DNA of 31,452 bases from Elainellaceae cyanobacterium (lineage in GTDB: Bacteria > Cyanobacteriota > Cyanobacteriia > CAZCXK01): contig JBNPEG010000140.1 of NCBI GenBank assembly GCA_051117555.1, positions 1-31,452 on the forward strand, given 5' to 3'. Below the pieces are notes generated by a model. That model ran no database searches, was not told the origin of the DNA, and saw only the letters and a program-made list of their open reading frames with translations. The position numbers and the translations under genes are program-made. Of this stretch, positions 17,857 through 26,619 are shown piece after piece. The first letter of the stretch is position 1; every line of letters begins with the position of its first letter.

Positions 17857-20253
17857 ATGTCTAAGCTAACTCGTAGACAACTGCTTGCTTTCTTTGGAGC
17901 AAGTGCTGCTACTACTGCCTTAGCGCCGACGTTAGGATATAAACTCTTTGGCGGCAGCAACCCCAATGTTGCTCAGGCTGTTGAGGGTCCTCTATCCTTT
18001 ACGCCCGTGCGTCTACCTCATCCCTTGCCGGTCTACCAAACCAAAGACAGTTTTTTGCCAACAGGCATCGGTCAAGGTCAATTTATCGCATCATCGAACG
18101 ATACTCGTTTGATGGATTACACCGTAATTGATGATGTGATCGTTCCCCCGGAATATGAGCGATATGTGATCGTAAGCTGGGGCGATCGCGTCTTCCCCGA
18201 TCCGGACGACTACGTTGGTTACAACAACGACTACACGGGCTTCGTTGCAATTGGCTTTAATGATCCTTCACGGGGCGACGGTCGTATCGTCGATGGCTAC
18301 TTGTGGATCAACCATGAGTATGTATCCTACCCCATCTCTGATCTCGCGCCTGGAACTCCTAGCGATCTAGCAGGTCTGCCCACATCATTTCCGGAGGTGA
18401 TTGGTTTTGAGCTTCCGTCTGAACTTAATCGAGAAGTGTTGGGCGAGTTCATGTACAACATCGGCGGATCGGTGATTCGTCTCAGCCGAACCAGTCCAGG
18501 CGGACAGTTCAATGTCACTCGTGATTCCAAGAACCGCCGCATTCATGGTCTATCCGGTCTAGCAATCAATTCAGGGCGAACCGACGGCTTCCAAAGCGTA
18601 ACCTCTTGGGGGTCTCGCCCTCATCAGCAGGGAGATAGCGAATACCTTATTGGCACTGGTCCTGCGGCCACTCAGGTCTTCAGCCTCAGTTCAGATGGTC
18701 TAGGCAACCGTATCATCGGTACCGGCTATAACTGCTCTGGTGGCACGACGCCGTGGGGCACCATTCTCAGCGCTGAAGAAAACTTCCAAGGCAGCTCCTT
18801 CTTCTTCGTAGGAGTTCAAGAAGAAGTCTTACCCAACGGCACACAGGTTGGCTATGTTGAGGGTACCAGCGGTGCTGAATTTGGGCTTGTTGGTGAAAAA
18901 TATGGCTGGATGGTCGAAATTGACCCGGCTGATACCAGCTTCCGCCCGCGTAAGCACACTGCTCTTGGACGATTCCGTCATGAGAATATTGCCTTCCGAG
19001 TTGAAGCAGGCAGCCCTCTCGTGGCCTACATGGGAGACGATCGTCGCGGCGGACACACCTGGAAATATGTCAGCACGGGCACTATTTCTGACCCATCGAG
19101 TAAGAGTAATAGCGAGCTGTTTGAGAGCGGCACGCTTTACGTCGCGAAGTTTAATTCTGACGGCACGGGTGAATGGATTCCGTTGGAACTAGAGACGCCA
19201 ACAGGGCCTATTTCTCCGTCTGAATTGGCGTCGGTTGAGCTAGCAGTGCTCGGAGCTGCCCAAGAAGACGGGCGGATTCGCTTACCCCAACGATCTGGAA
19301 TTGCAGGTGCAACCGAGGATGGCGGCTCATTCATTGTCGATTTGACCAATGAATCTGTCATTTCTGACTATCAAGGATTGACCCTGGCAGACTTTTATCC
19401 CACTCAGGGCGCGGTGATTGTCGATTCTTTCTTGGCTGCAAATCTTGCAGGCGGAACGCCCTCATCTCGACCCGAAGATTTAGAAGTTCACCCGATTACT
19501 AAAGAAGTCTTCATTGCCTACACCGACCATATTCCCGGTGGGGACGGATATCCAGACTCTCGCATCTTCCAGACAGCGAAGCTGAGTGCGGCAGTGAATG
19601 GTCAGCAACCCTCTGGTGCGCTCTACAAGATTGTAGAAAGCAGTGATGATGGAGCTGGCACGACCTTTACGTGGTCAAACTTTGCGCCCGCAGGTGAAGC
19701 AGGCGCAGAGAACGGCACCGGTTATGCAAATGTTGACAACCTCGAAATTGATGCTCAAGGCAACATTTGGGGCGTGACGGATATGTCGACAAGCCGTCAA
19801 AATGGCTTTCGAACAGGGGCTAATCCATCCCCTCGAACCATTGACCATACTGAAACGGGGGAAACAGATGCGCTGGTCGGCGTGTTTGGTAACAACTGGC
19901 TGTTCTACATTCCAACCAGCGGCCCGAATGCGGGCGAGATCTTGCCGTTTGCGGTGGGTCCGATGCGCTGTGAGATGACGGGGCCAACCGTTGTTGACAA
20001 CACGCTAATTCTTGCTGTTCAGCACCCCGGGGAAGATGTGCCCATCGACTTTGGGCAACCTCCGCTGAATCGGGATGTCGAAATCCTGAATTTAGACGGC
20101 ACGCTGTTTAATCAAAACCGCACCGTTCCTCTAGGAAGCGGCTGGCCTAGCAATCTGGCAGGCGCACCTCGTCGGGGAACCAAGATGATGGCACCTCGCC
20201 CAACTGTGATTGGTATCCGTCGCGCAGAACGCACTGGAGATGATCTCCTCTAA
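17857..20253 (+). CDS. phoX: PhoX-family alkaline phosphatase, Tat-exported
   Basis: Twin-arginine signal TRRQLL; motifs WINHEY, NCSGGTTPWGTILSAEEN, LGRFRHEN, RPEDLE, NVDNL, CEMTGP, VQHPG; RBS GAGGA. Confidence 0.93.
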   Translation: MSKLTRRQLLAFFGASAATTALAPTLGYKLFGGSNPNVAQAVEGPLSFTPVRLPHPLPVYQTKDSFLPTGIGQGQFIASSNDTRLMDYTVIDDVIVPPEYERYVIVSWGDRVFPDPDDYVGYNNDYTGFVAIGFNDPSRGDGRIVDGYLWINHEYVSYPISDLAPGTPSDLAGLPTSFPEVIGFELPSELNREVLGEFMYNIGGSVIRLSRTSPGGQFNVTRDSKNRRIHGLSGLAINSGRTDGFQSVTSWGSRPHQQGDSEYLIGTGPAATQVFSLSSDGLGNRIIGTGYNCSGGTTPWGTILSAEENFQGSSFFFVGVQEEVLPNGTQVGYVEGTSGAEFGLVGEKYGWMVEIDPADTSFRPRKHTALGRFRHENIAFRVEAGSPLVAYMGDDRRGGHTWKYVSTGTISDPSSKSNSELFESGTLYVAKFNSDGTGEWIPLELETPTGPISPSELASVELAVLGAAQEDGRIRLPQRSGIAGATEDGGSFIVDLTNESVISDYQGLTLADFYPTQGAVIVDSFLAANLAGGTPSSRPEDLEVHPITKEVFIAYTDHIPGGDGYPDSRIFQTAKLSAAVNGQQPSGALYKIVESSDDGAGTTFTWSNFAPAGEAGAENGTGYANVDNLEIDAQGNIWGVTDMSTSRQNGFRTGANPSPRTIDHTETGETDALVGVFGNNWLFYIPTSGPNAGEILPFAVGPMRCEMTGPTVVDNTLILAVQHPGEDVPIDFGQPPLNRDVEILNLDGTLFNQNRTVPLGSGWPSNLAGAPRRGTKMMAPRPTVIGIRRAERTGDDLL

Positions 20254-20346
20254 TAGCAATTTCTAATTGCGCTAGGTACAGAAATGGTGGTGTGGGACGC
20301 GCCGCGCCCCACACCACCGTGTTTAACACAAGCGCATACCGCTATG
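20252..20346. repeat. ~95-bp dispersed palindromic element, copy C
   Basis: Overlaps the phoX stop; GGTGGTGTGGG/CCCACACCACC hairpin; inverted copy of the element at 16392. Confidence 0.8.
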
Positions 20347-20407
20347 AGGCGTTAGTCTTGTTAATTGACGGATCGATTAATCGAGATTAATCAACATTAA
20401 AACCCGG

Positions 20408-20462
20408 CGAGGACGCTGGCAGCATACTCACTTGAGTCTTAAACCAGTGTCCTCGTTTTTTT
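20408..20462 (+). terminator. Putative terminator after phoX
   Basis: CGAGGACGCTGG...CCAGTGTCCTCG stem (one G-U pair) with a large loop, followed by T7. Confidence 0.55.
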
Positions 20463-20541
20463 ACGGCTATAGGGTTGATGAACACCCGTAAGATAGACTC
20501 TCAAGAGTCTGCACTATTGAATGTGATGCTAGTTAGGCGTT

Positions 20542-22221
20542 ATGCAAACTCCCTCCTCTCCTCGCTCAGCTTGGCAGCAATTGAGACAGTGTGATATTAC
20601 TTGCGAACAAGCCCTGAAATTGCTGATTAATGATCAGGGGCAGGTTAATACTCGCCTTCTAGATCGAGAAGTTAGCCTCAGATTCTTGCGAGAGTTTCCA
20701 GATCAAAGCAGCGTGCCGCCTGTGATTCCTCTGCTGCTGTGGCGGAATTGCTATTACTTGGGCAGCCCAGTTGTGCTGACACCTGACACAATCGAGCACC
20801 TAAAAGATCGGACCTTTACCGACATTAAAGTGATTCCAGTCAGCGAAAAGAGCTACCGCAACTGGTTTCACACTCAAAAGCTGAATCAGAGTCAGCTTTG
20901 CGCTGATCAGCTGGTGAATCCGTTGACGGGGGAAGTTGAGTCAGAAGATCTAGGCGAAATAACTGAGCTGTACCTCTCTAAAGCAGCAGATCAAATTAGT
21001 CGAATTAAAACCATTATTTCAGGAGCGCTTCGTAATCGCGCAAGTGACATTCACCTCGAACCTACCTTAGAAGGGCTACGGGTACGCTATCGCATCGACG
21101 GCATTTTGCGGGATGTGACTACACTTCCGCTAGACGTTAGTCGTCGGGCTGTCGTCGCCATCAAAGTGATGGCAGATATGGACATTGCGGAGAGTCGTCG
21201 TCCGCAAGATGCGCGAATTGGTGAACGCTATGCCTCAGGTCAAGATATTGAAATGGGGTTAGATATGCGGGTGAGTACTCTGCCCTGCATCGGAGGCGAA
21301 AAGGTCGTTATTCGTCTACTTCCCCGCGAAAACCCTTTCACCAGCATTGATGAACTCGGATTTACACCTCAGACGCTCGCTATCTATAAGAACTGGCTCG
21401 AACAGCCGCAGGGCATGGTAATTTTTACCGGACCAACAGGCTCTGGTAAAACCAGTACACTGTATACCAGCTTGCAGGCGATCGCCACTGAACATGTCAA
21501 TGTCGTGACGGTTGAGGATCCGGTTGAATATGTGTTGCCTCGAATCACTCAAACCCAAGTGCATGAGGCCGCAGGAATGACATTTGCCGCAGGGCTTCGA
21601 GCGATTCTGCGCCAAGATCCTGACATCATTATGGTGGGCGAAATTCGTGACCATGAAACAGCCGAGACTGCTGTCCGGGCGGCATTAACGGGGCACTTAG
21701 TCTTAACTACCTTGCACACCAACGATGCGGTCAGCGCAATTCCTCGACTCAAAGATATTGGTCCTGATCCGAGCTTGATTAGTGACGCATTACTGGGGAT
21801 CGTCGCGCAACGCCTGGTGCGGCGAGTGTGTCCTCACTGCGCAGACCCCTATGTGCCGACATCGGATGATCTCAAGATTCTGGGACTCTACCCCGAAGAT
21901 GTACACACCCAGACTTGGATGCAAGGGCGAGGCTGTCCTAAGTGCTTTCATTCAGGATATTTAGGACGTGAAGCCATCATTGAAATGCTGAATGTTGATG
22001 ATACGGTGCGCGAAATTATCTATGAAGGCACGATTACCCAACTCAATCGATATTTGCAACAAACCGGATTTGATTCATTTCGGCTAGCAGCGATTGATAA
22101 GATCACCCATGGCATCACGACTGTATCAGAAATTCGCCGGGTGTTGCCCTATAGTTCCCTTAATCGCATCCATGCATCTGACAGCAAATCGCAACGCCTG
22201 CACATTATTAATGCCAAATAA
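20542..22221 (+). CDS. GspE/PulE/PilB-family secretion or pilus ATPase
   Basis: ASDIHLEP, RYRIDG, DIAESRRPQD, Walker A GPTGSGKT, EDPVEY, LRQDPDIIMVGEIRD, TGHLVLTTLHTN and a tetra-Cys motif (CPHC...CPKC). Confidence 0.93.
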   Translation: MQTPSSPRSAWQQLRQCDITCEQALKLLINDQGQVNTRLLDREVSLRFLREFPDQSSVPPVIPLLLWRNCYYLGSPVVLTPDTIEHLKDRTFTDIKVIPVSEKSYRNWFHTQKLNQSQLCADQLVNPLTGEVESEDLGEITELYLSKAADQISRIKTIISGALRNRASDIHLEPTLEGLRVRYRIDGILRDVTTLPLDVSRRAVVAIKVMADMDIAESRRPQDARIGERYASGQDIEMGLDMRVSTLPCIGGEKVVIRLLPRENPFTSIDELGFTPQTLAIYKNWLEQPQGMVIFTGPTGSGKTSTLYTSLQAIATEHVNVVTVEDPVEYVLPRITQTQVHEAAGMTFAAGLRAILRQDPDIIMVGEIRDHETAETAVRAALTGHLVLTTLHTNDAVSAIPRLKDIGPDPSLISDALLGIVAQRLVRRVCPHCADPYVPTSDDLKILGLYPEDVHTQTWMQGRGCPKCFHSGYLGREAIIEMLNVDDTVREIIYEGTITQLNRYLQQTGFDSFRLAAIDKITHGITTVSEIRRVLPYSSLNRIHASDSKSQRLHIINAK

Positions 22222-22233
22222 ATAATCGGTCTC

Positions 22234-22292
22234 TATAGCGATCCTAAATCGCTCGCCCCACCGCTCACAACCTATCTTCTGGGATTGCTATA
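22234..22292. repeat. Internally deleted dispersed element, copy E
   Basis: The reverse complement matches copy D at both ends (TATAGCAATCCCA...TAGGTTGTGAGCGGTGGGGCG | AGCGATTTAGGATCGCTATA) but lacks the second hairpin arm. Confidence 0.8.
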
Positions 22293-22560
22293 TGTGAGAC
22301 ATTCGATACACTCAATAATTCCTCATGTTAACCATCAATTTAGGGATATAACTTTAGCAAAATTAATTAAGAAAAATGCAACAGAGATTGATGTAAAATC
22401 TATTAGGCTTTTGATCGTCTAAGTATTGAAATATAGGCGATCGCCCTTTCTATTTGAATGAACTGATCTCGCGTATTGAGGCGATTATCTAGCTATCAAG
22501 ACTTTCAAGAAATCAACGATTTTGCATCAGCTTCTTAACCAAAAATTAGGAGTTAGATTA

Positions 22561-23688
22561 ATGCTTCTTAACCGTAAATTAACCGAGTTCGCTCTTGTGT
22601 CTGCTCTCACTATTTGTGCTCTTAATGTCACCGCGTGCAGCACTTCAACGGAGTCAACACCTGACGAATCAGCCAGTCTAGATGCGTCGAGTGATGTCTC
22701 GACAGATGAGCAATCTAGCAGGGGTGAACAGATTTTTCTGTATGGGGCTGGGGCTACCTTTCCTGCTCCGCTCTATGACATCTGGATTAGCGAATATCGA
22801 AAAATCAATCCTGATGTTGAGATTCAGTATCAAGCGGTAGGGAGCGGTGCAGGAATTGAGGAATTTCTAGCTCAGGGTGTGGATTTTGGGGCCACTGAAG
22901 CGCCTTTAACAGAAGAGAATAAGGCAAGCTTTCCTGCAGAACGAGGGCGCCCAATCCAGATTCCCATTGTGGGGGGTGCCGTGGTGTTTGGGTACAACTT
23001 GCCCGAGGTTGAAAACTTGCGCCTCTCACGTCAAGCTTACTGTGGTGTTGTCTCAGGAGATATCACCAACTGGAGCGATCCGGCGATCGCCGCTGATAAT
23101 CCAGATGCGACGCTGCCTGATTTACCCGTTAAATTTGTCCATCGCGCTGATAGCAGTGGAACGACGTTTGTCTTTACACAGCATTTGGCATCAGCTTGCC
23201 CCGGTTGGACGGCTGACGCAGATACGGTTATAGACTGGCCTGTTGGCACCGGAGCCCCCGGCAATGGCGGAATTACAGCTAATATTAAGCAATCTGAAGG
23301 CACAATTGGTTACATCACCTTTGCCCATGCCGAGCAAAATTTTGTCCAGGTAGCTGAGCTAGAAAATAAAGCCGGTAATTTCATCGAGCCCTTGCCTGAG
23401 TCGGCTGCAAAAGCTGCTGAAAATACCGATATCCCGGATGATTTTGCCGTTTTGATTCCCGATCCAGACGCCGAAGACGCCTATCCGATCATTGGATTAA
23501 CGTTTATGCTGCTCTACGGTGCCTATCCCGATCAGCGTGAAGCGGATGCCTTGACCTCGTTTATTCAGTGGGCACTCACAGATGGATCAACGTATGCCGA
23601 TAGCATGGGATATGCGCCCCTGTCCGACGATTTGGTGACAGAGGTTACTCTGACGCTCAATGAGATTCAAGTGTCGGCTACGCCTTAG
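22561..23688 (+). CDS. pstS: Phosphate ABC transporter substrate-binding lipoprotein PstS
   Basis: Lipobox VTAC; GAGATFPAPLY, YQAVGSGAG, HRADSSGTTFVF and YPIIG motifs; RBS AGGAG. Confidence 0.93.
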   Translation: MLLNRKLTEFALVSALTICALNVTACSTSTESTPDESASLDASSDVSTDEQSSRGEQIFLYGAGATFPAPLYDIWISEYRKINPDVEIQYQAVGSGAGIEEFLAQGVDFGATEAPLTEENKASFPAERGRPIQIPIVGGAVVFGYNLPEVENLRLSRQAYCGVVSGDITNWSDPAIAADNPDATLPDLPVKFVHRADSSGTTFVFTQHLASACPGWTADADTVIDWPVGTGAPGNGGITANIKQSEGTIGYITFAHAEQNFVQVAELENKAGNFIEPLPESAAKAAENTDIPDDFAVLIPDPDAEDAYPIIGLTFMLLYGAYPDQREADALTSFIQWALTDGSTYADSMGYAPLSDDLVTEVTLTLNEIQVSATP

Positions 23689-23833
23689 CGTCAAACGATA
23701 AAAAACGGGGAGCAATCCGTGTCCACCTGCGATGCGAGTGCTACTACAGTCTGATACATTGAGCAATGGATTAAGATAAATCAGCCAATCATTACTCTAA
23801 TCGTTGCTCTAAAACGTGACCGTGGTAGGACTT

Positions 23834-25120
23834 ATGAGGCACTGGAAACGACTTGGGATTTTTGCTCTGCTAGGACTCGTCCTCAGCTGGATGGTCAGTT
23901 GTAGTACGCCCTCTTCTAATCGTGAGGCAGACTCATCATCCGGAAGCCAAGAAATTGAGTTTTGGACGATGCAGCTCCAACCCCAATTTACTGACTACTT
24001 CAACGATTTGATTGCGACGTTCGAGGCTGAAAATCCGGGCGTCAGTGTTCGTTGGGTCGATGTGCCGTGGTCAGATATGCAGAGCAAAATTCTCACAGCG
24101 GTGTCTGCGGGAACCGCCCCCGATGTGGTAAATCTCAACCCAGATTTTGCGTCCCAGCTTGCCACCCGAAATGCTTGGTTGCCGCTGGATGAGGCGATCG
24201 CCCCCGATATTCGAGATGATTATCTGCCGAAGATTTGGGATGCCAGCACAATCAATGGCGAAAGCTTTGGAATTCCCTGGTATCTGGCAACAAGCGTCGC
24301 CATTTATAACACAGACTTATTTGAGCAAGCTGGACTCAGCGACCCGCCCGCAACGTTTGATGAATTGGCAGACGTCGCCCGCCAAATGAAAGAAACTACC
24401 GGGAAATATGCCTATTTCGTCACGTTTGTGCCTGAAGACTCGGCAGAAGTGCTGCAGTCGTTTGTGCAGATGGGGGCGCAACTTGTCGATGATAACGGCA
24501 ATGCGGCATTCAACACCCCAGAAGGCAAAGCCGTGTTTCAATATTGGACGGATCTCTATCAGCAAGATCTGTTGCCCCGCGAAGTCTTAACACAAGGGCA
24601 TCGTCGCGGCATTGAGCTGTATCAAACGGGTGAAACAGCAATTCTCTCGTCGAGTCCGCATTTTCTAGATACGATCGCCAACAACGCGCCGGCGATCGCC
24701 GGCGTATCTGCCACTGCGCCTCAGATTACCGGGGAGACAGGTGCCAAAAATGTAGCCGTGATGAATCTCGTTATTCCCCGCAGCACTGACCAGCCCGACG
24801 CCGCTTTAGAGTTTGCCCTGTTTGTCACCAATGATGAGAACCAGCTCGCGTTTGCAAAAGCCGCCAACGTGCTGCCGTCTACGCTGGCGGCTCTAGACGA
24901 TCCGTACTTTACTGAGGTGTCAGAGACTGCTGCACCCGGTGAAAAAGCCCGTTCGATTAGCGCCCAGCAAATGGAAGATGCAGAAGTGTTAGTTCCTGCC
25001 ATGGAAGACGTAAAGGAATTGCAGAAGATTATCTATGACAATCTGCAAGCTGCCATGTTAGGACAAAAAACCGTGGATGAGGCGATCGCCGATGCTGAAG
25101 CAGACTGGAATGCGCGTTAG
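23834..25120 (+). CDS. Sugar ABC transporter substrate-binding lipoprotein (family 1)
   Basis: Lipobox MVSC; IEFWTMQLQPQF, FEAENPGV, APDVVNLNPDF and GIPWYL...YNTDLFEQAG motifs. Confidence 0.88.
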   Translation: MRHWKRLGIFALLGLVLSWMVSCSTPSSNREADSSSGSQEIEFWTMQLQPQFTDYFNDLIATFEAENPGVSVRWVDVPWSDMQSKILTAVSAGTAPDVVNLNPDFASQLATRNAWLPLDEAIAPDIRDDYLPKIWDASTINGESFGIPWYLATSVAIYNTDLFEQAGLSDPPATFDELADVARQMKETTGKYAYFVTFVPEDSAEVLQSFVQMGAQLVDDNGNAAFNTPEGKAVFQYWTDLYQQDLLPREVLTQGHRRGIELYQTGETAILSSSPHFLDTIANNAPAIAGVSATAPQITGETGAKNVAVMNLVIPRSTDQPDAALEFALFVTNDENQLAFAKAANVLPSTLAALDDPYFTEVSETAAPGEKARSISAQQMEDAEVLVPAMEDVKELQKIIYDNLQAAMLGQKTVDEAIADAEADWNAR

Positions 25121-25187
25121 AGGAGCAATCGATTAGCATAAGAACAATGTAAGAACAAGAATGCCATCGAGATTGCAGAATTTTCTT

Positions 25188-26603
25188 ATGCAAACTCAAA
25201 CTCAATCGAGTACCAATCCCTCTCAAGTTTCTCAATCTACTTATTCTCTGCCTGACATCTTGCGGCAGCGGCGGCAAAAGCTAGCTGACCGCGTTGATTT
25301 TCCCGTTGTCCTCTGGTCGGGGATGAGTCCATCGCGCAACTTTCCAGCCAATGTCTATCCGTTTCGAGCGAGTAGTCATTTCTTGTATTTTGCTGGATTG
25401 CCTCTCCAAAATGCTGCGATTCGCATCGATGGAAGCTCTCTCGAACTCTACATGGACAACCCATCTCCAGGCGATGCGCTCTGGCATGGACACACCGAGA
25501 CGCGAGACGACATTGCTGAACAGATTGGGGCAGATGCGGCGTTTCCGATGTCTGCATTACCGTCTCGTGCAGATGGGGCAGCTACGCTTGCAGTTCAGAA
25601 TAGTCAGACTCATCTACATCAGTCTCAGGTCTTAGGACGATCGCTGTCTCCAGCGGTAGATCCTCAAGGCATTGACGCTCAACTTGCCGATGCCATTATT
25701 GAGTTGCGGTTGATCCATGATGACGGGGCGATCGCCGAATTGAGAAAGGCAGCTCGTGTTAGCGTCAAAGCCCACAAGGCAGGCATGGCAGCTACTCCTA
25801 CGGCTAAAACCGAGGCAGACGTGCGGGCTGCGATGGAGCACGTCATCATCGCGAACGGCATGAGCTGTGCCTATACCAGCATTGTCTCGGTTCATGGTGA
25901 GGTGTTGCATAATGAGACCTATTACCATCGGCTGCAATCCGGAGATTTACTGCTGGCTGATGTGGGGGCAGAGGCTGAGTCAGGATGGGCCTCTGATATC
26001 ACTCGGACGTGGTGCGTATCGGGCACATTTTCGCCGACTCAGCGCGCCATTTACGAAATCGTCTTAGCGGCTCATGATGCGTGTATTGACCAAGTTTGCC
26101 CCGGCATCGAATATCGGGATTTGCATCTCTTAGCAGCTCGAGTGATTGCAGACGGGCTGGTTGATCTGGGTATTTTGCGAGGCAACCCTGATGATCTCAT
26201 TGACATGGATGCTCATGCGCTGTTTTTTCCACACGGGGTGGGGCATCTGATTGGACTAGATGTTCACGATATGGAAGACTTGGGCGATCGCGCGGGCTAC
26301 GCATCAGGTCGTTCTCGGAGCGATCGCTTCGGCTTATGTTATCTGCGATTAGATCGGCCCATCAAGGCTGGCATGGCGGTCACGATTGAGCCTGGTTTTT
26401 ATCAAGTTCCGGCAATTCTAAACGATCCCAAACGGCGATCGCGCTATGCCACTGCGGTGAATTGGGAACAACTAGCCGATTTTTCTGATGTCCGGGGCAT
26501 CCGAATTGAGGATGATGTCTTAGTCACCGAATCAGGTTGTGAGGTTTTGACGGCTGATTTGCCCACTCAAGTCACCGCAATTGAGCAGCTTGTGAGGGGC
26601 TAG
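25188..26603 (+). CDS. pepP: Xaa-Pro aminopeptidase (M24B)
   Basis: FRASSHFLYFAG N-domain; metal ligands in DVGAE...SDITRT, HGVGHLIGLDVHD, TIEPG and IRIEDD. Start is 25161 or 25188. Confidence 0.9.
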   Translation: MQTQTQSSTNPSQVSQSTYSLPDILRQRRQKLADRVDFPVVLWSGMSPSRNFPANVYPFRASSHFLYFAGLPLQNAAIRIDGSSLELYMDNPSPGDALWHGHTETRDDIAEQIGADAAFPMSALPSRADGAATLAVQNSQTHLHQSQVLGRSLSPAVDPQGIDAQLADAIIELRLIHDDGAIAELRKAARVSVKAHKAGMAATPTAKTEADVRAAMEHVIIANGMSCAYTSIVSVHGEVLHNETYYHRLQSGDLLLADVGAEAESGWASDITRTWCVSGTFSPTQRAIYEIVLAAHDACIDQVCPGIEYRDLHLLAARVIADGLVDLGILRGNPDDLIDMDAHALFFPHGVGHLIGLDVHDMEDLGDRAGYASGRSRSDRFGLCYLRLDRPIKAGMAVTIEPGFYQVPAILNDPKRRSRYATAVNWEQLADFSDVRGIRIEDDVLVTESGCEVLTADLPTQVTAIEQLVRG

Positions 26604-26619
26604 CCGTCATGCGTCCTAG

